In this document: in pieces, positions 49,006-60,317 of the stretch
Position numbering within the stretch: position 1 is the first letter of the stretch
How the letters are laid out: each line of letters begins with the position of its first letter
The notes under the pieces: model-generated
Seen by the model: only the letters and a program-made list of their open reading frames with translations
Database searches by the model: none
Told to the model about the DNA's origin: nothing
Source: Heterodontus francisci
Lineage: Eukaryota
DNA length: 64,000 nt
Assembly (NCBI RefSeq): GCF_036365525.1
Contig: NC_090402.1
Coordinates: 8,707,079-8,771,078, forward strand
Direction: 5' to 3'
Translations under genes and position numbers: made by a program

Positions 49006-49753
49006 TAAAACATTTTTTTTATCTTCTTTCATAAATTGTTGAATCATTGGTTTTCAGCTGTAAAGAAAGGACTTGTGCTATATACGTTTTCACAGCATCA
49101 GGATGTCTTAAAGTGCTTTACAGCCAATGAAGTATTTTTGATCTGTGGTCGCTATTGTAATGGAGGGAAGTGTTGCTAATTAATAGTCATGAGGGTGTCT
49201 CTTAGCAAGCTACCAGTACAGACTGACAAAGGTGAAGTCGTGAATTCTACATCTTTAATCCAAGTAAGTAGTACAGCAGAATATCTGGGTCACAGCTGAG
49301 TTATTTAAACCATTTGGATCAACTCTTTGATTTGTGACTTCCATTGAAACCAAGGTGGAAAAAGGTCTTTATACAAAATTGGAATGCCTGCAGCTTATTT
49401 TGAAGTGAAAAAGAACTCTGTTCCTGGAATAGAATGACCTGATCAGCAAACTGAGTGATTTGTTAATTGGAGCTGTCCTCTTCTCTCAGTGTTGTCGAAT
49501 TATTTGTCATTAACTGCCTTTATGTCCCTAGAGGCTTTCCCAAGTTGCCCTCTCTTTATTTCCATTCCCCATCCTTCCATAAACTTTCTCTATATGGAGC
49601 AAAGAATTAATGTTGACAGTCCACTTGTTGATCAGGAGCAGGTTTTATTGAGACTTGCATCCCTTTCTCCACTCTTTGCTGCAAGGCTTCCAGGTCTCCT
49701 TTACAGTATTGCACATTTGCCAAGGGATGTACTTTAATACAAATATTCAGCTT

Positions 49754-52700
49754 CACAAACAAGAAATGCTGGAAATACTCATCAGGTCTGGTAGCATCTG
49801 TGAAGAGAGAAGCAGAGTTAACGTTTCAGGTCAGTGACCCTTCATCAGAACTGGCAGATATTAGAAATGTAAAAGGTTTTAAGCAAGTAAAGCGGGGGTG
49901 GGGCAAGAGATAACAAAAGAGAAGGTGTTGATAGGACAAGGTCACAGAGAATAACTGACCAGAAGGTCATGAAGCAAAGGCTAATGGTGTGCTGAAAGAC
50001 AAAGCATTAGTACAGAGAGGGTGTTAATGGACAGAAAACCGAGCAGCCTAGTCCCAAGCACAAACATGAAAAAAAAAATTGGGTAGGCACAGTAGAAACA
50101 AACTAAAATAAAATAAACACATAAAATCGAAAAAATAACTAAAAAAAAATAAAAAGGGGGGGTGTCCGTCATGCTCTGAAATTATTGAACTCTATGTTCA
50201 GTCCGGCAGGCTGTAGTGTGCCTAAACGGTAAATGAGATGCTGTTCCTCGAGCTTGCGTTGATGTTCACTGGAACACTGCAGCAATCCCAGGACAGAGAT
50301 GTGAGCATGAGAGCAGGGGCGAGTGTTGAAATGGCCAGCAACCAGAAGCTCGGGATCATACTTTTGGACTGAGTGGAGGTGTTCCGCAAAATGGTCACCC
50401 AGTCTGGGTTTGGTCTCCCCAATGTAGAGGAGACTGCATTGTGAGCAGCAAATACAGTATACTAAATTGAAAAAAGTACAAGTAAATCGCTGCTTCACCT
50501 GAAAGGAGTGTTTGGGGCCTTGGATAGAGAGGCGGTAAATGGGCAGGTATTACACTTCCTGCAATTGCAGGGGAAGGTGGTGGGGGTAATGGAGGAGTGG
50601 ACCATGGTGTCGTGGAGGGAATGATCCCTTCGGAATGCTGACTGGAAGGGAGGGGAAGATGTGCTTGGTTGTGGCATCACGCTGGAGGTGGCGGAAATGG
50701 TGGAGGATGATCCTTTTGGATGTGGAGGCTGGTGGGGTGGAAAATGAGGACAAGGGGGAACCCTGTCGCAGTTCTGGGAGGGAGGGTATGGGGACACTGC
50801 CACTTCTTTTCCAGGAATGCCTACCTTGAAGATGTTCTGCTCTTCTCTCTGACAGGATTTCCGTTTGTCTCCTTTACCTTGTTCACCCTCATTGCTTTCT
50901 ATTTCCCACCTGATGTTTGATAAAGTGTCCACCAAAACTCGTTTTCACAGCCACATCTCCTTCCTCAGTGGCTGTCTCCGGCTCCGACTTATTCCACGTG
51001 GATTCCAACTGCAGTTTCACCCATCATGTTTTGAATCCACCCAGGATTACAGATATCTCCGAGAAATACAACATTCCTCAGACTGCTGTTCTTGCCGCAC
51101 CCTGAGATCCACACTGAGTGCCATGCGCCGCCATATGTACGCACTGCCTCACCTTATCTCAAAGCTGTTCTACTCCGCAGTTTCATTTCATCCTTCGTCT
51201 TCTTTGATGCATTAACAAAAAACTTTTTTTCTTCCTTTTTGAAGTGTTAAGGAATGCAAACTCCAGCAGCTGATGGGGACTAATGCCTCTCCAGATCCTT
51301 CTTCCCCATCACTTCCCTCTAACCAGCAGACCCATTCACCCACCTCTAGCATTCTGCATCTACCTGGACCCCTCCCTCTGGCCTCTTACCCACTCGTGAT
51401 CTTTTCATGGAAAACTGTCGGCGAGATGTCGGCCACCTCAATTTCTCTGCCCCGCTCTGAACTTGTCACACTCCATTCTCTCAGGTCTAACCCTGACGTT
51501 GTCATCAAACCTGCAAACAAGGGTGGTGCTGTTGTCTGGCGTACCAACCTCTACCTTGCAGATGCTGAACACCACTCTCTGACACTTCCTCGTACCTCCC
51601 CCTGGACCATGACCCCACCGTCGAACATCAAGTGACTGTCCACAGGACTGTCACTGACCTCATCTCCTCTGGGGATCTTCCCTCTACAGCTTCCAACCTC
51701 ATAGTTTCACAACCCCAGACAGCCCGCTTCTACCTCCTTCCCAAAATCCACAAACAGGACTGTCCTGGCAGACCCATTGTTTCAGTCTGTTCCTGCCCCA
51801 CTGAACTTATTTCTTCCTATCTTGACTCTTATCTTTTCTCCCCTGGTCCAGTCCCTTCCCACCTACATCTGTGACTCTTCTGACACCCTACGTCATTTTG
51901 ACAATTTCCAGTTTCCTGGACCCAACCGCCGCCTCTTCACTATGGACGTCCAATCTCGCCACACCTCCATCCCCCACCAGGACGGTTTGAGGGCTCTCGC
52001 TTCTTCTTTGAACAGAGGCCCAACCAGTCCCCATCCACCACCACCCGCCTCCACCTGGCTGAACTTGTTCTCACATTGAACAACTTCTCCTTCAACTCCA
52101 TTCACTTCCTTCAAGTAAAAGGTGTTGCTATGGGTACCTGCATGGGTCCTGGTTAGGCCTATCTATTTGTGGGATATATCGAACATTCCTTATTCCAGTC
52201 CTATTCAGGCCCCCTCCCCCAACACTCTTTCTGGGTACATTGATGATTGTATCAGTGCCGTTTCCTACTCCCGTCCGGAACTGGAAAACTTTATCAACTT
52301 TGCTTCTAATTTCCACCTTTCTCTCACCTTTACATGGTCCATCTCCGACACTTCCCTTCCCTTTCTCGACTTCTCTGTCTCCATCTTTGGGGATAGGCTG
52401 TCTACTAATATTTATTATAAGCCCACCAACTCCCACAGCTACCTAGACTACACTTCTTCACACCCTACCTCCTGTAAGGACTCCATTCCATTTTCCCAGT
52501 TTCTCCGTCTCTGATGGAGAATTTAGTATAGTGTATTTGCTGCTCACAATGCAGTCTCCTCTACAGTCGGGAGACCAAACGCAGACTGGGTGACCGTTTT
52601 GCGGAACACCTCCGCTCAGTCCAAAAGCATGACCCCGAGCTTCCGGGGTTGCTGTCCTGGAATTGCTGCAGTGTTCCAGTGAACACCAACGCAAGCTCGA

Positions 52701-53244
52701 GTAACAGTACCTCATTTACCGATTAGGCACGCTATAGCCTGCCGGACTGAACATAGAGTTCAGTAATTTCAGAGCATGACGGGTCCCACTTTTTAATTTT
52801 AATTTTTTGTTATTTATTCTTTTTTAAGTGTTTTATTTTAGTTTGTTTCTACTGTGCCTACCCACTTTTTTTTTCCATGTTTGTGCTTGGGGCCAGGCTG
52901 CTCAGTTTTCTGTCCATTAACACCCTTTCTGTACTGATGCTTTGTCTTTCAGCACACCATTAACGCACTATATTGCCTTTGCTCCATGACCTTCTGGTCA
53001 GTTATTCTCTATGACCTTGTCCGATTAGCTCCTTTTTTGTTATCTCTTGCCCCACCCCTGCCTTACTTGCTTAAAACCTTTCACATTTCTAATATCTGCC
53101 AGTTCTAATGAAGGGTCACTGACCTGAAGCGTTAACTCTGCTTCTCTCTTCACAGATGCTGCCAGACCTGCTGAGTATTGCTAGCATTTCTTGTTTGTGT
53201 TTCAGATTTCCAGCATCTGCAGTATTTTGCTTTTATTGCAAACC
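49754..53244. mobile_element. Penelope-like element (Neptune type) with an inverted architecture: minus-strand 3' copy (about 49754-50790) joined to a plus-strand degenerate body (about 50830-53240)
   Basis: RT motifs FTMDVQSRHTSIPHQDG, GVAMG, YIDD; Cys linker FPCNCRKCNTCPF; GIY-YIG NLVYCICCSQCSLLYIGETK; pLTRs at both outer ends; TTCAGCTT at 49746-49753 and 53245-53252. Confidence 0.92.
49816..49853 (-). ncRNA. Minimal type I hammerhead ribozyme motif
   Basis: Same intact motif as 38516-38553. Confidence 0.7.
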
Positions 53245-53316
53245 TTCAGCTTGTCTGGGTAACTGTCCGGCTGCTGCTATACACAGACATTTGTGTCCCC
53301 TGCATAAAGTGAAGAA

Positions 53317-53660
53317 TTTATTTATTTATTTTGAGATACAGCACTGAAACAGGCCCTTTGGCCCACCGAGTCTGTGCCGACCAACAACCACCCATTTATA
53401 CTAATCCTACATTAATCCCATATTCCCTACCACATCCCCTCAATTCCCCTACCACCTACCTACGCTAGGGGCAATTTACAATGGCCAATTTACCTATCAA
53501 CCTGCAAGTCTTTGGCTGTGGGAGGAAACCGGAGCACCCGGCGAAAACCCACGCAGTCATGGGAGAACTTACAAACTCCGCACAGGCAGTGCCCAGAATC
53601 GAACCCCGGTTGCTGGAGCTGTGAGGCTGTGGTGCTAACCACTGCACCACTGTGCTGCCC
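53317..53660 (-). mobile_element. V-SINE (HE1-like), near full length
   Basis: GGGCAGCACAGTGGTGCAGTGGTTAGC tRNA head; V domain TGCGTGGGTTTTCGCCGGGTGCTCCGGTTTCCTCCCACAG; CR1-type tail GGGCCAAAGGGCCTGTTTCAGTGCTGTA followed by (AAAT)n. Confidence 0.9.
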
Positions 53661-54409
53661 CATCCTTAATATCTTTATATTGCAGCTGTGGGAATAGGCA
53701 AAATGATTTGGTTTCCATTTAATCATTTGTTAATATGTTGGCTCAGAATACCAGTTTTAAAAGGCATCAAAATCTATGTAAGGATAAGTAAGTATCACAG
53801 TGAAGGAGGAAGAGCTATTGCTGTTTTTGCTAACTGTGTATTAATTTAAACAAATTCAATTTCTCAGTTGCATTTTATATTGGTGATTGTATTAATGAGC
53901 TGTACAGTTTGGTTGAAGTAAAAGATTACTTTAATTATTCTCTATATACCATTGGTAAGCCGGGCAGTCCATCTGGGAAATTGCTTTGGATACTTTGCGA
54001 TTTTAATCTGTACCATGTGACTTCTCTTCTCAAGTACCCAATCATCATATTTCCTTGCCTCGGTAGCTTCTGTTCCTGCACATAAGTGATTGTCATTCAA
54101 ATTTACATCCATTGTAAAAATGCCTTTTTCAACTATCTGTTGGCAATTGATGCCAGTCATAGCTTCTCTGAATTTCTAACCGAAATTAATTGATACAAAG
54201 GAAGCCTGGGGGTGGGGGAGAGAGTTCAACAGCTTGTTAAAAATGCTATTAAAACCAGGAAGTTTAGAAATTAATTTTGGTATGAATAGATGATTACTTA
54301 ATGCATTCATGACCTTTCACTTTTTATTTTAAAAAAGGCATTAACCCATCTGAAATAAGCAGGTTAGCGCCTAGAGTAAAATACCAGGAGAGGAATGTCA
54401 TAGGACTGC

Positions 54410-54612
54410 AAGGCCTGGCCAGTATTTATCCCTCAATCAACATCATAAACAGATTATCTGGTCATTATCACATTGCAGTTTGTGGCAGTTCCTGTGTGCA
54501 AATTGGCTGCTGCGTTTCCGACATTACAGTAGTAACTACATTTCAAAAGTACTTCATTGGCTGTAAAGCACTTTGGTCATGAGAGGTGCTCTATAAATGC
54601 AAGTTGTCTTCA
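54410..54612 (+). mobile_element. SacSINE1-like 3' half
   Basis: cctggccagtatttatccctcaatcaac...ctataaatgcaagtt. Confidence 0.82.
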
Positions 54613-54699
54613 TTAAGAGTTGATCTATCACCAACAATTTCTATAATTGCTTATAAGCCACTGTACACTTGTGGGCAAGGCAGAGACTTCTGGTCTTGC

Positions 54700-55862
54700 T
54701 GAATATGTTCTGCCTTTGTGACTGCCCTTGACATCAAGGCATCATTTGACAGACAGTGTGTCACCAAAGAGCCTGAATAAAATTGGTCAATGGGCTGAGG
54801 ACTCTGCCTGTGAGGATCAGGGGAAACTCTCCAGTGGCTGGAATTATACCTGTTACAAGGGAAGATGGCTGTGGTCATTGGAAACTGATCTTCGAGCCCC
54901 TGGACATGGCTGTTAACATTCCTCAGGGCAGTGTCGTAGTCTTAACTATCTTCAGTTGTTTTCGTTAATGACCTTCCCTCCATCCTAAGGTCTGAAGATT
55001 CACCTGTGGATTGCATTGTTCAGCTGCACTCAATTCCTTAGATAATGGAACAGTCCACGCCTGCTTGCAACAAGACCTGGACAACATCCAGGCTTGGGCT
55101 AAGAGCTGATTTAACATTTTTGCCACACAAGTGTCAGGCAGTGACCATTTTCAAGTGAAAGCATAACTACCTGTGATTAACATTTAACGCAACTACCACT
55201 GCAGAGTGTTCCCCTCCACTTTTCAATATGTTGAAGGTCACCATTGAACTATACCAGCTACCTGCGTGCTGTGGCTGGGGTTACTGTAGCGAGTGGCTCA
55301 CCTCCTGATTTCCCAAAGCATCTTCACCACCCTACAATTCACAAGTCAGTAGTGCGATGTAATACTTCCTATTTGTCAGATGGGTGCAGCTCCAACAGTG
55401 CTCAAGAAGGCTGAACGCTATCCAGGGCAAAGCAGTCCGCTTGATTGGCACCCTCTCCACAGGCTTGAATATCCACTCCCTACGCCAGCGCCATACCATG
55501 GCTACAGTATGTACCATCTGTCGGATGCACTACAGTAATTCGCCAAGACTTCTTTAGCAGCACAACCCAAACCCATGACCTCCACTGACTAGAAGGACAA
55601 GGGCAATAAGTGCATGGAAGCGCCATCACCTCCAAGTTCCAATCCAAATTGCACAGCATCCTGAGTTATACATATATTGCCATTCATTCATTTTTGTTGG
55701 ATTAGAATCCTGGAACTCCCTACTGAACAACATTTTTGGAGCCTTCACCACATGGACTGCAGAGATTCAGGAAGGCCCATCACCACCATCTCGAGGGCAA
55801 CAAGGGAGTGATCATAAATGCCAGCCTAGCCAGCATCCCAAGAATGAGCTTAAACAAAAAAA
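54700..55862 (+). mobile_element. Degenerate copy of the 35320-36210 LINE family
   Basis: cccttgacatcaaggcatcatttgacaga (LDIKAxFDR), caagacctggacaacatccaggcttgggct, tail remnant. Confidence 0.8.
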
Positions 55863-56064
55863 GTACACTTTTTACCACCATGAGGGAAAAACCACATAGC
55901 TATTTCAGGTTCACATCAGCCAAAATATCAAAGCTTGCATTTTGGTTGATAGAAAATAAACTATAAAGGACGACTTTAACTTTTCATAACTTGTATATTG
56001 ACTTTAGAGTGAGTTTTTTTTTTTCCTGATCAAGGTAAGGGGAGTTTCATGCTGATAAGGGAAT

Positions 56065-56532
56065 TAGAGTCATAGTTATACAGCACAGAAACAGGCCCTT
56101 TTGGCCCAACGTGTCTGTGCCAGCCATCCAGCACCCAACTATTCTAATCCCATATTCCTGCACTTGGCCCGTAGCCTTGTATGTTATGGCGTTTCAAGTG
56201 CTCATCTAAATACTACTTAAATGTTGTGAGGGTTCCTGCCTCCACCACCTCTTCAGGCAGTGCGTTCCAGATTCCAACCATCCTCTGGGTGAAAAATGTT
56301 TTCCTCAAATCCCCCCCCCTAAACCTCCTGCCCCTTACCCTAAATCTATGCCCCCTGGTTCTTGACCCCTCTGCTAAGGGAAAAAGTTTCTTCCTTTCTA
56401 ACCTATCAATTCCCCTCATAATCTTGTACACCAAAATCATGTCCCTCCTCAGCCTTCTCTGCTCCAATGAAAACAACATTAGCCTTTTCAGTCTCTGCAT
56501 AGCTGAAATGGTCCAGCCCAGGCAACATCCTG
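56065..56532 (-). mobile_element. CR1 (HER1-like) 3' fragment
   Basis: LFSLEQRRLRRDMILVYKIMRGIDR...FFTQRMVGIWNALPEEVVEA. Confidence 0.88.
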
Positions 56533-57499
56533 TTGCAGATTTTTTAGCTCGTGGGTGTACCATCCCACATTTTCCAAACCCTTGTGGCCTCAAGGTCATC
56601 TGTATAACATTATTTTTCTTACTGATGGTTGAAACTGCCACAGGCAATAGAATTGGACCCCAAACACCTTACATCACCATTAAAACTATATTACTTTAAA
56701 TTAATTGTTCCTTTTAGTCATTAGTTTCAGATTATACAGACACTTTAAATACATTTCCTTTTGGTTAGTTACAAAGAATTGCTAAGGTGCAAGCGTTCTG
56801 CTCATGCCCTATTTGCATAATCTATTTGCATAATCAAACCTTATATAAATTTTAACAAAACACATGTGTTTGCAATGTTGCCTCGGGGGTGATGGGGAGC
56901 AGGAAGGAAGATGGGGTGCCATATTAGCATTTGAAAATTAGGTCCTATGCTTTGAGGACTTTCTGGATCAGCTATAAATTAACTCAACAATAAATAATGT
57001 ATTGTGTATTGCAGGACAATAATATGCAAATCAATAATGGAAACATTTTAATGAATTCTAACAAATAAATATCAAACATAGCAACATAAAACATTTACAC
57101 ATAAACCAGTGTAACACTGGAAAAAGTAGCATCAGTATTTTTAATAATTGCACATTTATTCTGGATTTATTTTGAGCCCCTCATTGTTGCAGTTAAACCT
57201 TCTGCACATAGTAAAAGTCCCTGATAGGTTTTAAAGGAATGCTGGGTATTCAGTAGCACCATGGAATTCTGACTGGCTTATCTTGGGCACCACTTGGTAA
57301 CATTGGCTAGGATGACCAGTTGAGTAAACCAGCTGCTGCTGTCACTTAGTTATGTTGGAAAGCTTCCTATTATGTTAAAATGTTAACATCTGTTGATCAG
57401 GAAGTTTTCCCTCGGAATCTTTAAGGTAAGTTAGTCAATGGATGATTCTGGGCACCCTTGAATTTAAGCTGTGAGGAAATGTTAAGCAAGCTTTACTTA

Positions 57500-57770
57500 C
57501 TGAAAGAAGGGACTTAATGATCTAATTGAAGCTTTCAAGATTTTGAAGAGAATTGATGTAAATAAGGTGCTTAAATATAAGGGACACAGGTGAAACATTG
57601 GGAAGGTAGGATTAAGAAGGATAGTCAAATGGATTTTTTTCACTCAAAGATTGAGTAAATTTTGAGATTGGATGCATTTCTGAACAGAAAAATGAGGGAT
57701 CTAGTGAGAAAGCAGGTAGGTATAATAGTTGAAAAATTGATAGTTTGTTGGCCTAATGCTTTTTTCTTTG
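57500..57770 (+). mobile_element. Old CR1 3' fragment
   Basis: gatctaattgaagctttcaagattttgaagagaattgat; ttttttcactcaaaga. Confidence 0.6.
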
Positions 57771-59594
57771 CTAAAATTCTTTTATTTCCTTTCTTGACAG
57801 CAAGTTTAGCCATGCAGTTACACCACTTTTAGAAGTGGATTTTCGTATTTCATGGCATGGTATCACTAGTGAATAAGGTGGGACAAGAGACTCAAAATTC
57901 CACAGATGGTGATCCTGACCATTACACTGGGATTGTGGATAATGGTTTTCACCAACACTGATCCCAGCTGGAATTTGCAGAGTCAGTGGGAGGGCACCTC
58001 ATTTGCATGGCATTACTTGAGCTGCATCTTTGGTGCCTGCCTGTCCCATGCCAGTGGAAAATCAACCATCTGTGCCCCAGCCATCACTTGTCTTGTAAGG
58101 GAAAGACAGATATTCTGCCTGTTAAGGCCACCAAGAAATTCTTGGAGACTTGAGTTAACCGGTCTCCTCGGTTTCTTAGCAGTTTCAGATGGTCTCCTAC
58201 TGAAATTACGACTGGAGAGCATTAGAACCTCAGTGAAATCTCAGGGCTACGGTTTTCCTTTTACTTAAACTCATTTTTAATTTTCTCAGTTTATCCCATC
58301 TAAAAGGTAGTGGTTTGATCCAGGGTATGTATGGTCTTGTGGGCAGTACTATTCCTCAGGTATTTCACTGAGGCAGCCATTATTCTTGTGTGCATTTGAA
58401 AAGTGTCAGCTCAAAGCTGCTGTTAGCTTGTATTCTGGGACACAGATGTCTGTGAGCTGGCTCCTTGAGTTCACACTAATTTTGGTTACTTTATCCTAGC
58501 AACAGAATCGTAGGCCCAATATTTCAATTTAGATTTTTCTACCAGGATGAGGGAACTGCATTTAGTAGCTTTAAACTCCAGGTGACAGCTTACAGCATCC
58601 AAATTAAAACAGCACTAGCTTAAAACCAGCGCCACTTTTTACTCACAAGGGATCCACGGTATACATTTAAAGCAGGAATTGCTGAGTAATTATTAAAAGT
58701 GAACCCTGTCATTGTTTTAACTTCTCTTGTCCCTCCACAGCTGAAGTCTGCTCACTTCACATATGCAAGGATTCAAGCTGGATATTGTACTTGTCTGTAT
58801 GGCTGTTAAACATGATGTGGATTTACCCACTGAGCCATTGGGGTACTTTGGTTTTTGCTAAGTTTTATGGTCTAAAATAGAAAATAAATTCTCTACACAG
58901 CTAAAATTGATTATGTTTAAGGCTGTTCTACTTGTGAACTCCAGTTCCCTGAAAAAAACATGTGCAACTTGATTGTGTAATTTAGACCTCGCATCTAAAG
59001 TCACTTGTTTGTGGGAATGAGTGAATTGAACACATCTCCTCCATTCTGTCCTCTGATCTTGCCAAGATACATATGTGTTTGCAGCCGAGAGGGCATTGTT
59101 GATTAAATTTGGTCCCAAGGCACCGTCATCGTTGCTATGGAATCGCTGTACTCTTGTGGTGCTATTCACTGGTGTTCTAGTGCATGGCACCATTACATCA
59201 GCTCCATGGCCAAACTTTTATTACTTGTGGTGGAGTTCAAGTGAACATTATGAAATAGTGTACACATGCTAGGTTATATAGAAGTTCATTGTATCTTTGA
59301 AATGTAGCATCTTGAACTATTTGAACTTGTAACAGCACTTATGCTGATGGACTTTACTCATTTGCGTATGTTTGAACGTCATTGTACCCCTTGCAAAACT
59401 CTGGAGAATTACCAGACAAATTATTGATCAATATGCAATCAATACTTTACTGGCTAGTGTGTATCACTGAATCAGATATGTTTAGTGCAATATAAAACAA
59501 AGTATTGAATTTTGCAGCCAGTTTGTCTTGAGTACGTTGTAGATATTTTTCAGAAAGCTAGTTGAAAATTCTTAGTTACTGATCCTCAGCAAGA

Positions 59595-59850
59595 CTTAAC
59601 TTGCATAACTATATTAGGTATGTAGATCTGCTTCGTGATTGGTGAGAATGCAGGGCGTCTTGACACTGCGTAGACAGGAAGGGCAGGGGAAACTGATCTC
59701 TGCTATAAAAGTGACGTAGCTGACTTCCAGTAATGTGATTCTCAGTCAGCCGGCATTTCAGCACTGCCTCAGTGCAATCATTTTAATTTATTTATTTTAT
59801 GCATCTGAATTTGTAAAGAATCATTTATTTTTTTCTGTCAAAAAGTCAGT
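59595..59850 (+). promoter_or_regulatory. TATA-containing promoter and 5' UTR of the SLC25A25 a-type exon
   Basis: TTGCATAA about 59601-59608, inverted CCAAT (GATTGG) about 59637-59642, TATAAAAG 59704-59711, TGACG half-CRE 59712-59716. Confidence 0.7.
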
Positions 59851-60009
59851 ATGTTGTGCCTATCGTTAAATGTACCAGTGCTGGACACTTTGGCACGGGA
59901 ATTTGAATACTTTGAATCAGGACGGCTGCCTGCTGAGCTAAAATCTTTGTTCAGGCTCAGCCTTTTCATCCCTTCGCAAGAGTTATCAACTTATCGCCAG
60001 TGGAGACAG
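59851..60009 (+). CDS. SLC25A25: SCaMC-2 alternative first coding exon, isoform a type (below the ORF-track length cutoff)
   Basis: Translates MLCLSLNVPVLDTLAREFEYFESGRLPAELKSLFRLSLFIPSQELSTYRQWRQ, matching recalled human isoform a MLCLCLYVPVIGEAQTEFQYFESKGLPAELKSIFKLSVFIPSQEFSTYRQWKQ; CAG|GTAAAT phase-0 donor at 60010. Confidence 0.93.
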
Positions 60010-60317
60010 GTAAATCAAAATGCTATCTGAGTTGATTCAGGTTTGTCAGTACATTATAATTTCACATGTTCTGGAGAATTTTAAGTTTTGAGTCCTGTGC
60101 TATTTGATGGCTACTCGGAAGATACTTCCTTATATTGCTACATGTTCAACATTTCAACAATACTGGGCTGCCTACTGAATGACTGACTGCACTAACTGTG
60201 GAAGTAGGATAGGCTGAGTCTCCTGCATACAAGCTCCTGTTAATGTCACCACTTTTATGCCAGATACTGGAAGCTGACTGACAATATCACAGCAAAGACA
60301 TTTCCTTTCTTAACTAA

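Noticed and set aside
53585-53660. tRNA-like sequence with A and B boxes
   Set aside because: It is the head of a V-SINE, continuing into the V domain and LINE tail; the same applies to SINE heads near 6960, 18348 and 19510
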